This document shows, in pieces, positions 10,701 through 20,998 of a stretch of DNA of 64,000 bases. The DNA lies in NCBI RefSeq assembly GCF_000143415.4, contig NW_003314265.1:1260446-1324445 (forward strand), read 5' to 3'. The notes under the pieces are model-generated. The model had not been told where the DNA came from, did not search any database, and was given only the letters and a program-made list of their open reading frames with translations. The position numbers and the translations under genes were made by a program. This DNA comes from Selaginella moellendorffii (lineage: Eukaryota; Plantae; Lycopodiophyta). Within the stretch, counting starts at the first letter, position 1. Every line of letters begins with the position of its first letter.

Positions 10701-13700
10701 CTTTGCGTTTTCACAGGTCTAACGTTCATGCTTAGAACTCGATACGCAAGATTTCCAAGACCTGTTTTCATTCCTTCGACCGCACCAACAACCCAGCTTC
10801 CACTTCTCGTGAAAACTCTGCTTTGCATGCGCCTGATCAACCTCATGTGCTCTGTCTGCAGGAAAATGTCATAGAATACGTCTTTGTCAAGAGCTTAAGC
10901 CGACGTACCCTTTGTATTTGCTTCTTCTGGTTGTCTGTAAGCTCGTTTTTCTCCAGTAGAACAGCAATGATGAGGTTCATAATAATATGGACTGTTAAAA
11001 CGAAGTAAAAAACGTAAAGAAAGGGCGCCACTCCGCTGCACATAAACAACACTCATAAGAATTTGACTACAAGGGATCAACGCAACGTACTTATATAGCA
11101 CCCCGGGTCGCATGGAGTTCCACATTTGATTCGGCCAGCCTTCAGCGGTAGTTACCGAGAACCACAGAAGCATAGTCTGGAGCATAGAATCGTGGTGTGC
11201 ACGAGGATAGCCATCCGCAAACGTATAATACTGACCACTAAACAGTTCCATGCTTATGATAGACATTATAACTATAACAAGCACATAGAAAAAGAATACG
11301 CCAACCAGTGAGCCAACAGCACTTATGCAAGTGGCCTAGAACGTCACAAAAAACAGTCAAATGCACACCGCAGGTCAGAAAACTCACCACAACTGAAGGA
11401 TGCTTGTCAACGTATTTCTTTGACAGGTAGAACCATCGCATAATTCGAAACGCGCTGATATTTGGATACGCTCGTGAAACCAGAGCTCCAGCAGAGACCG
11501 CTACAACAACCAGATCTACCATGTTCATCTCTGCAACCACAATCAAGATCAAACTCTGAGGCACGGAGAATGTGAGCTTCACGTACTGTCCTCGTAAAAT
11601 GTGGGCGGGCCGTAAGCAAGAAATCGCAGTAGCAACTCGGCGGCAAAAGTGACAAGAAGCACAGCTTGAATGCCATCTAAAGTTGTCAAGTTAAGGGCCA
11701 GCAAAGTGAAAAGCAAGAACCAAACAGCAATGTGGATACAGACTGTATAGAAGAGATCCTTCGACATGCCATACCTGTACAAACATAAAACAACCGCGTT
11801 AACTGTAACAGCCAACAGCACCCCCCAGTCAAAACTTGGGTGTTGTACGATGGCACGAGATTGTTCAGAGATAGATGCGGCTGCTCTAACTCCCATCGTT
11901 ACGCTTCGACTTAACGACCGGTTATATCGTTCTGAGCCTATCCGGCTCATACGGAACGAAGTAGCATGAAAAGCATCTCTCATAGATGACTGAGTACGAC
12001 TTAAAGCTCGGAAGACACTCCTTTTGACTTTCTTGGATCTGTTCAGAATACGTAAATGCCACTTCATATTCGCTTCGTCTTTTATAATATCGTCCTTGAG
12101 TATATCAGCCATCACCGTTGCATTGTAAAAGGAAGTCTGGTTTTTACGAGATTTTTTCAAAAGCGCCTATACGAAGACGAATTAGAAAGACATAAACAAT
12201 ACAAAAGAACCATGCCTGATGTTCTGCCCTGACCCGAAGGAAAACGCCACTTATTCCCGCAATGAACACGTTGCAAAGAAAATACGTGCCAATGACTACT
12301 AAGGTCATAAAATATGAATCTGCATTGCAAGTATTAGCATAGCTAAACCCAGCAAGTCGAAGACATTACTAGCTCGTTCTCCTTCGGCATCCTTCACGCG
12401 GTACATAATGAGGCTCCATCCCTCCAAGGATACGATCTGAAAATGTTTACTGTAAGTAAATCATTTACTTTGGAATACCAACTGATAATTCCTTTCTCCA
12501 TAAATAGAAACAAACCTGAAACATAGTAAGTAGAGACCACCAGAGGTAATCAAAACTTGTACATCCAAAGTTAGGATTTCCATATACCTGTAAAGACAAC
12601 GTTATAAGTGACAGCTTGGGAGCATTGCAAACCTCACCTTACACTTCTGATTAGAAGGGCAGATGTATCCATCAATGACCTTCTTGTCACAGAAGCGTTC
12701 TGGATATGATAGACGTAAATCGGTTGTCCGCAAGCACCTACAAGACAGCTTTCGCGAAATGGACTTCATCAAAACTCTTATACCTTTGAGACATAGTTTT
12801 TTGCAAAAACTGAGTCCCAAGTAGCGCGTAAAAGACCAGCATAAAGAATGTCAGCAGTATGACATTTTGAAGCGGGCCAACACTCCTCTTAACGGCTGCC
12901 ATGATAGACTGTAAAGAACAAGAAAAAAACACAATTGCTAGCTATTACATCATCGATGAAGCTGACATGTACACAAAACGGCAGCATACAATGACATCCG
13001 CGAAAAAGGTGATATGCTTCAATGCGAGCAGGCCTCGAAATGCACGGAAAACTGCAACTCGTGCAAAGAAGTCCTTTCCAGTTATGCCTCTAACAATGAT
13101 ATGAATCCTGTAACTCGGATAATACTAAAGCATGCTTGTGGAAAGGAAAAGGAAGAGAAGGTGCAAGTACCAGGAGTCGACAACGACGGCAAAATCAAGC
13201 CTGTTATACGGATTCCGAAGGTAGCAGTGGCTTTTCTGGTAAAGCCCCAGACAGCAAATCTTCAAAACCATCTCCAACCTGTAGGAAATCACACAATAAG
13301 GCTAAGACTTTAGTCGCTTAGACGTACGTGTAAAGTGCGGTAATAAACCCGTCCAGAAAATCGAGGTTGAAGTCTCGTACTTCCGTCCACCTTTCACCTC
13401 TGTGCCCGACCTTTACTTGGAAAATCAGCACTATGATATGTGAAAATATGATAAAGCAGAGGAAGTATTCCGCTTTTCTGCAAACAGTGTAAGCAACCAC
13501 CAACAAGAAAACGCGAGCAGTAACGTACTGGCAGTGAAGAAACATGAAGAGATTGAGGCGAACAGAGCTGTAAGGACTCCAAAACCCTAGAGCATGACCC
13601 TCCATCCGAGCTCCAGTGCCTACAGCACTCCTTCTCGCCTTCCTTCTTATGAGCTGAAACAAAGAAATAATAAGAATGGATAAAAGAAAAAAAAAGTTGA

Positions 13701-14050
13701 GCTGATACAAACCAGTATGCGCTTGACTGCCTTGTAAGCCTTCTTCCAATTCTTCCTCGGCAAGGACTCGGGAGCGCGTGGAAGATTCTCGAGCGCAGCT
13801 AGCAAGGCGGCAGTAGATTGCGCTTTGTCATCCTGTGGCTTCCCGACACCATGAATGGGAGGGAGTTGATCTTCCCATCGGGGATTTCGAGCTAGGAAAT
13901 CCGGATCTTCCTCCGGATCTGGTGCACTGCCTCCAAGAACACCAAATCGCTAAGCTACATTCTCTGGGAATGGAAATCTTACCGCTCTGTGAGCTTGGAC
14001 ACGGCCTTGGAGGCGGCCTCAAACACCCCGGCGCTCAAGCGCCTGGCCAT
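7719..14050 (-). CDS. Four-domain (24-TM) voltage-gated-superfamily cation channel alpha subunit (Cav/Nav/NALCN-Cch1 type), many exons
   Basis: ATG 14050 (MARRLSAGVFEAASK). Four pore loops: NPNFGCTSFDYLWWSLLTMFQ|IVSLEGW, WFSVTTAEGW, FHFDDIGNAFLSLFVCSTFDNW and NFKTFVNSFITVFQ|VTTLDNW. S6 motifs include MNLIIAVLL and MNLFVAVILD. EF-hand-like segment EHLLAFKSLWAELPFDPE; IQ motif VQALVRGFLVRRR. Confidence 0.92.
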
Positions 14051-14238
14051 CGCCGCGGCAGCGTTGGACGAGCCCTAGCTCTCAGCTCCAGCTAAAATCT
14101 TTAACGGAAACCCTGATTTCTTTTTTTCAATTAGCAGTTACGCGCCAACCTTTGCCCGCCAAAGCCACGCGTCGCGCACACATTGGGTAATATCTAGAAA
14201 CCCTTATCACACTTTGTCTGATTAGGTTTTGCCCTTCA

Positions 14239-15964
14239 ATGGAGTCCTCTCCCACTGAGCTTTTGGATCTTCCTTCGGACGCTCTATTGCTCTGCGCGGG
14301 GTCGCTCGATCTCAGAGATCTCTCACATTTGGCGATGTCATGCAAGCGCCTTCGACAAATCGCCTACGCCGATCCCCTTTGGGAACGCCAATGCCGGTAA
14401 GCAGCGAATTCTAGCTTATCTTAGACGAATTCTAGCTTATCCTAGCTTTCTTCCATCTAGAATCCGCTGGCCGGCCAAGCAAACTACTTCCGGATTGTTT
14501 GAGTTTGTCGGTGGAAGAGATGATTACCTCGGCAGGCTCATTGCGTGTCAGCAGTTTCGATTCAGGGATCCTTTCGAGTGGCAACTTTCGCTACCGACGA
14601 TGGTCAAGCAGATTTTGATCCACGAAGATGCCATTGTAGCAGCTCGAGTAAGGCGCAACTTTGCACTTAAGTCTTTAAAACCTTTGGTTTCCATTTTTCT
14701 CCTCAGGGCTCGGAAGTTCTAGTTGTAATGCTCAGTTCATCTGGGTTGAAAGTTCTCAATGATCATAGTGCCAGAATTAACTGCATGAGGTGTGTAGTTG
14801 ATCGTCACATTGTTTTTCCTTTCTAGTTTTAATTCTTTGTCATGGCTCAGATTATTTCCTGTAGGTGGACTTCGCAATTACTTCATTGGAGACAACATTT
14901 TAGCTACATGCAGTGCTGATCGTACCATTCGTATATGGGGAAAGGTATCTTTTTTTTTCCTCGATTCTCTTTCCTTGTATCACTTCAAACACACAGGGTC
15001 GAAGCTTGAGAACTCTTAGAGGTCACTCTGATGGGGTCAGCGTTATTGCAGACAGGCTTCTTGGACAAGCAACGGTAATTGCTTCCGGTGGCATGGACAG
15101 CACTGTGAAACTATGGAATTTCAATGGCGGCCGAACACCATTACTAACAACGTTATATGGTCACGAATCATATATTAAAGACTTGGCAGTAGCTGGGTAA
15201 GAATGTTGATACTTAACAATCGTTTCACGATTCTTTTTGTCTTTTGCTTTTCCAGGCACAATCCTTGTATCATGGTTAGTGGAGCCAAAGACTCAAAGGT
15301 GAGCAAAAATATGTGCTCTTTCATGGCTAAATTTGCGTCGCAGCTGCGAGTATGGGACACAAATACGGCAACTTGCGTTGGAGCTGCCAAAGGTCCCGCT
15401 TCCTTGACGAGTCTCAAGTCGTTCCAGTCCATTTGCTACGCTTCAGGAGGCTCTACCGTTGCAGCGCTTGATCTAAGAACGATGAAAACTGTTGCGACGA
15501 TTGATCACCCCGGTGGAATCTGTGCTACTGCGCTATCTTCTTCTGGAAAGCTTCTGTGCACTGGAGGCAACGACAGGTATCAATCAACCGAAATTAATTC
15601 AGAAGTTTGATTTTTCTTTTCAAGGACTTGCAAGCTATGGGACACTAGAAGCAACCATCAGGCTCTCGCAGAACTCTGCGGCCACGACAGCCCCGTGCAC
15701 TTCCTTCACCTTGACGACGTTAAAGTTGTCACTGCAGGCCCCGACGACACTGTGGTAAACGTCTGGGATTCTAACCATGGGACTCTGGTATCAAGCTTCG
15801 ACCAGGGGTCTTGCACGACCGCTCTAGCAAGTCAAGGTCCCAGACTTGCAATCGCAACCTCATCAAGCACCACGCGGCTCCTCTCATACAGAGATTTTTC
15901 GAACTGCACGGAATCCACGGACCAAGCTGCCGGATCAGAGAGCTCAAAGTTTTGGGATATGTGA
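14239..15964 (+). CDS. F-box/WD40-repeat protein, multi-exon
   Basis: Exon 1 MESSPTELLDLPSDALLLCAGSLDLRDLSHLAMSCKRLRQIAYADPLWERQCR is an F-box. WD repeats include LATCSADRTIRIWG, LRGHSDGV...ASGGMDSTVKLWN, LYGHESYI and VTAGPDDTVVNVWD. Confidence 0.9.
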
Positions 15965-16058
15965 AGCTGCCTTGGGCTGGATCAACACAGCTCATTCATC
16001 GGTACACAAGAAGCAGTACAAAAATGTTATCAAGGTTTGAGACAGTTTACAACATCAC

Positions 16059-17210
16059 CTAACTTGGGACTGGTTGCTGCTCGTAGATCTGCATGTAAGG
16101 CTCGGACAACGCAACTAGTTGCGGCAGTATACTTTCCACACACAGGTCTTGGATCTGGTACCACGCACCCTCGCATTTGCTGTGGACAAGAGCTCGATAC
16201 GAACCGGACATGGCTGTGCCATCGTGGACAACGGTGGCAACCAGGTCATACTTCGATCCACTGTGACGATCAGGCAGTGGGATGTGGTCTCTCAGCTCCA
16301 AGTTCTTCACTGGAAAGTTGACGAGGGTGGGGTTCTTCTCGGCGAAGATCCTCTTGCAATATTCGAACTTCTTGGTGGCGAAACGTCCCATATGGAGCAA
16401 GAGGTACCTTGGTAGCCTTGTCACCCGGTAGCGCTTCTGTGCTGGCTGTGGCCTCAGACAATCAGTCACGGTCTCTCCATCAAACTTTCTCAAGAGCGTC
16501 GCGAGTGGGACTCGCGGGATGATTTTCCCCTGTATTGGATCCTTGAACAGCGGTGGCGGTGGCAAGTCGAGTCTGAGGCGTAGAAATGGTATGTGACGAA
16601 CCTCCGGCTTGTGAGCTCTGGCCGGGATCACGGTGGTCTCTTCGAGCTCGCCTTGGAAGCACTGGAAGACGATGCTGCTGTTGGGGATCTCGGTGCCGCC
16701 GAGATCTCTGTGGAGGGCGTCCAGGAGCCAGAAGCAAAACTGCACAGGATCCGAGGGCTTCCCAATGCCAAACCGGTTCTTGCTAGACACTGCTACTGCT
16801 TGTATGAACTCGTGGGGACTTACGTGACACTTGGAAGCTCCTTGTGTTCCAGATCCTCCTCATCAACTCGCCAAATGTGTGGATAAGCCAGGATGTAATA
16901 AAGCTTGTGTAATTCTCTTGGACCAAGAAGAAATCTCGGAGTGGTGCTACCTTTGTAAGTAACTAAATAACGATATTGACATAACTAGTGTTATTGATAT
17001 TGTTTAGACTAACTATTTTTTGTTGAAACAAAGAACCATCCAAAGTTTTACTCCACGAGATAGCAACTGTTATTCCACAAGTTGCTGTTATCGATTTGCG
17101 AGAGCTGCCAACTTTTGAACTTAGGGTTTAGAACACGTCGAATGTCATCCAATGTCGAAAGGATTGCCCATATCTCGACACGGTCAAGCGGCAGGCACTG
17201 GATTTTGATT
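16059..17210 (-). pseudogene. USP39/Sad1 (U4/U6.U5 tri-snRNP associated, inactive UBP-fold) pseudogene, no introns seen
   Basis: LDDIRRVLNPKF...DGSLFQQKIVSLNNINNTSYVNIVI*LLTKVAPLRDFFLVQENY...FGELMRRIWN, a frameshift near 16830, then HVSPHEFIQAV...LDLPPPPLFKD...EKNPTLVNFPVKN...YMQIYEQQ. In-frame TAG at 16963-16965. Confidence 0.8.
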
Positions 17211-17884
17211 TCGAGAGGTGTTGCTCAGTCTCCCTGTCCAAGCGATGCCTGGTTTGTGGCAAATACTTCCAGGGGAGAGGACCAAACACCCACACCTACA
17301 TGCACAGCCTCGAAGCCAGCCACCATATCTTCATCAACCTGGAGAGTGAGAAAGTCTAGTGCCTCCCCGAGGGCTATGAGTTTGACAACCCGCTTCATTC
17401 GTTAAAAGTGAAAAGCCCTAGAAGGACTTTTATAAGGACCAGTCAACCTTTTTTCCAAATTTCCCACTGGAAGTTTAGAGCAGGTTTAGACATAATGTCA
17501 CTATAGTTTTGTTTTTGGTCCTCCGCATAGGCACTAGGATGCAAAGTGTCCCTCTAGTAGATCACAAGTAGGTCAAAGCCACTCATCTAGAAGACTCGCA
17601 CAGAGTTGCAACGATTCTTCAACCAGATTCCTGAGAGCAACCTTGTGAAGGTGAGCGATATTCGCTCAACTTTATGAAGGTGAGCGAATATCCTGCTAAG
17701 ACTTAGTCATCAACTTCAACACAAGGAACGCTCATCTTTTCACCATGTGCCTTGCATGCATTGACTAACAAGACTGAGATTTACAACTGAAAGAAGAGCG
17801 CTCGGCTCGATCTATTTATTGGCAAATGCACACAATAGCAGTATCAATCGTTACAGAACACACAGAGCTTTACAGGCTTCTCAT

Positions 17885-18112
17885 TCAGGCAATTCGCATA
17901 ACCGCAAAACCCATCAGAACCACAGCAATACTGATCCAAGAGGGGGCGCATTCTGCAAGTCCTGCGCTCATGGGCCCTGGAGCGTGAGCATGGTGAATTT
18001 GGGGACCTGGGGCAGGAGCATGAGCACCATCTGCAATTGGCCATGTGAGCAGGACCATAAGCACTAAGAGAACCACGCTGAGCTTGAGGCTGCAGTTCCT
18101 GAATCCAGCCAT
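17885..18112 (-). CDS. Arabinogalactan peptide-like (signal peptide, short APAPGP core, GPI-anchor-like hydrophobic tail), 75 aa
   Basis: MAGFRNCSLKLSVVLLVLMVLLTWPIADG-AHAPAPGPQIHHAHAPGPMS-AGLAECAPSWISIAVVLMGFAVMRIA. Confidence 0.75.
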   Translation of the reverse strand: MAGFRNCSLKLSVVLLVLMVLLTWPIADGAHAPAPGPQIHHAHAPGPMSAGLAECAPSWISIAVVLMGFAVMRIA

Positions 18113-18759
18113 GTGTAGCTTCGAAGGCCCCAGAATAGAACAGAGAAGAGAGAACACAGAGTACGACCTAGGCAAACACTCAGGCTCCATCTCATTTTAA
18201 ATTCAAAACTGAAAGGTATATTCCAGCTTGACATTGGATTGAAATTTCGGGTTACCCAAATGATCGGTTGATCTGATACTCAATGTCGCTAACAATGTAG
18301 AAGGCCCCATGAAGGAGCATTGTGAAATATCTAACATGTTCTTTTCGTAAAGATGTAAGAAGAAGTCAACGAGCATAATTAATATTTTTAAAATTATTTA
18401 CATGCAGATAATATTTAAATAAACAAACAAACCAAGGTCCAACGCGCAGAAAAATTATTATAATTTGATCATTTTATATGTTTTATCAAAATAAAAAAGA
18501 AATCTCTTACGGCTTCAACCTCATTAATTTCAATATATTCCAGGCTTATTTATGACTGAACTTTTAGTGTTTACAGCTGTATCTTTAAGAATAATATTTG
18601 ACACAGTTTGTGCAGCCTCGTTCTGTCCGACATAGCAGCTTGCAAAACTTGATATCTTCACAAAGCTTGGATCTGGAGGACAGCGGCTTGCGCAAATTCG
18701 TTCGCCAGTACAGGCAGAACGCACGCATCTGACATGAGGCTATAGTGCAAACATTGTGT

Positions 18760-19630
18760 GCACACCCTTCCCATAAACAAAGTAAGCTCCAGCTATACAG
18801 AAAGTTCCCTTCCTCTAGTGGGAACAAGCTAGCATGGGAGCTCTGCTCAGAGATAACAACTTCTATATTGATAATTGCAGGTAGCTCTCTTCTGCCTTAA
18901 GGACGAACTTAAGTGTTAAAAAAAAGGTATAAACCCATCTTGTTCGATAAACAGTTTCACGGCCATGGTATTCCCACTTGTAGCGCGTCCAGGCTGAGAA
19001 AATAGTGCCTATCAAACGGAAGTTTCTTCACCCTCCATGAGAAAGCATGCTAAGAAAAGGCAACTCAGTCAAAGCTCGTAGTGCACCAGAGCAATGTCCA
19101 GTTTGGTTTTGCCTCGGGAGCGAGATTCCGCGGCTGTGGTTTACGGAGACGTTTTCCATCACAATGTAGCCGGCAATTGCCGCTATTCCCTGCATTTTCT
19201 CAACATTATTTAAACCTTCCCCCGGATTCTCTGACGAAGCTGACAGAAACTTTCGTGAGCTGGCGAAGCCTCGTCTTACTTTTTCTTGTATGCGTTTTTC
19301 GTCTGCTTAGAACAGTTTCTTCGACACAAAAGTATTTATGTTTTTGTTACAAGTGAAGTGCATAGGAAGCAAAAACATAAGCTCCAAAACGTTGACAGAA
19401 AATATAGTTTTTCATGCAAAGAACCGACCTGAAAATAGAAACTTCAATATAAGTACCTGCACCAGACTTTCTAAATAATCACCTAAAGACGAGCCATTGA
19501 ATGAAGGACGTATTACGGCTGACCCACGCAAGCACTGCAGAAGGATTTCTAAAGTGCTATGGCTCCCTTCGACACCAAAAAGGACGCAATTGAAGCTTAA
19601 ATTCCATTTAATAGTTAGTGACTATAAAAA
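18760..19630 (-). pseudogene. Degenerate inverted partial duplicate of separase (~26880-28010), introns included, with an internal segment re-inverted
   Basis: FPLEEGNFLYSWSLLCLWEGCA matches separase FPLEEANLLYNWSLLRLWEGCA. Nucleotide matches extend to separase exons and introns. Segment ~19224-19380 matches separase 27205-27380 in direct orientation. Confidence 0.85.
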
Positions 19631-20076
19631 TGGAGCACGACTTTGAATACATTTCCTAAAACTACGAAACCCTATATAGTTCAAACGAAGTTAGATTATA
19701 AATATTTAACTGTTGGTTAAATGTTATGGACGTTTTGGCAGCCAGGTGACTGGCCCGGGAGGGAAGACGAGGGTTCAACAGCTGTAATGCATGCGAGTCT
19801 AGGGCGATTCTATTGTCGTGAGCAGCAATGCTTTGGCCTTCAATGGCAACTGTTGGCGCGATAAGCCGGGAGTTTTTGCTGGTGTACTCTTTAGCTCCAA
19901 TGTTGATGATATCTATTGAGAACCTGTGTAAATCATTCCGACGATGGTGGTGAAACCATGGTTATCCACGTTAAGGTGTTAACGTTACGCTGCCGTTGGA
20001 GCTTTATCTATGGGAGGTTGCCCCCTTTGTTTGCTCAATCTATTTGCTCCTCTTTTCTCTTGGCTCTCTAGAAATT

Positions 20077-20456
20077 ATGGCTCCTACTCGAAAGCTTGTG
20101 CTTGCATGGCTCCTCTCATGCTTGGTCATCACTGCCTGCACCAGCTGCTGCCATTCGCAGCGAACTATTGAGCACTGTAATTTGCAAGATTTTGGAGAAA
20201 GAACTGAAGGAAACTGCTATTCATTTCCGATGAGTGGGGCGAGAGTGTTTGCTGTAAGCTCCCAACTGCGAGTTCCAAGCCGCATATATTCTATATCATG
20301 TTGGTATATTATGTGCCCGAAGGAACACAAAAACCCATGTGTGGATGTTTTGTTTGAGATTTTTCATTCCACCTGCAGGCCATAGCGTATAATCAATCTG
20401 AAACGACTGAAAATCACTGCTGGTGTTGCTTCATCTGCTTCATATGGGCATTATAG
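20077..20456 (+). CDS. Candidate small secreted Cys-rich protein (2 exons, ~85 aa)
   Basis: Signal-like MAPTRKLVLAWLLSCLVITACTSCC. A gtaagc donor (~20254) and ctgcag acceptor (~20378) join in frame to AIAYNQSETTENHCWCCFICFIWAL*. No family recognised. Confidence 0.3.
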
Positions 20457-20975
20457 AATTTTAAAGCGTGCTTGCATCTCTTCCACTCATCTTTGTAGGA
20501 GCTGTGTTTCAGGAGCTACCACCATTAGAGATCAATGACGTACAGGCATGCTAGGTGGAAGAATTGATTTATGAGGTCAAACTTCCTGATTCTTGATTGA
20601 TGAAATTCAAGGAGCTGGAGAGCTAGCATGGATTCTCATCCACCTTGCATGTAAGACATTGATAAAGAGAAGTTCTAGGGTGATGTAACTAATGTAATGC
20701 ACATGATTATAGATGAAATTTGAATATACTATCAATTCTACAATAATAGTTTAAAAAATCTCCATATACTCACTGGTCACCATAGATCCTTAAAACATTA
20801 AGGGATAAAATAATGATTAAAAGGTCTTTCATCAAATAATTACTTTTTTCCCAATTGGGTTAAAAGGGGAGAGGGAATGATTCCTATTGATTAATGGCTT
20901 CATAAAATATAATATACTCTTAAACAAGGTATATTTCTATTATTAAAATTGAAATCGTATATATTTAACATTCAT

Positions 20976-20998
20976 GGGTTTAGGGTTTAGGGTTTTAG
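20976..20998 (+). repeat. Short interstitial telomere-like (TTTAGGG) repeat
   Basis: gggtttagggtttagggttttag. Confidence 0.6.

Noticed and set aside
7719-14050. Channel as TPC1, CatSper, or several separate single-domain channel genes
   Set aside because: Four pore loops lie in one colinear spliced frame with I-II, II-III and III-IV linkers. TPC has two domains and CatSper subunits have one.
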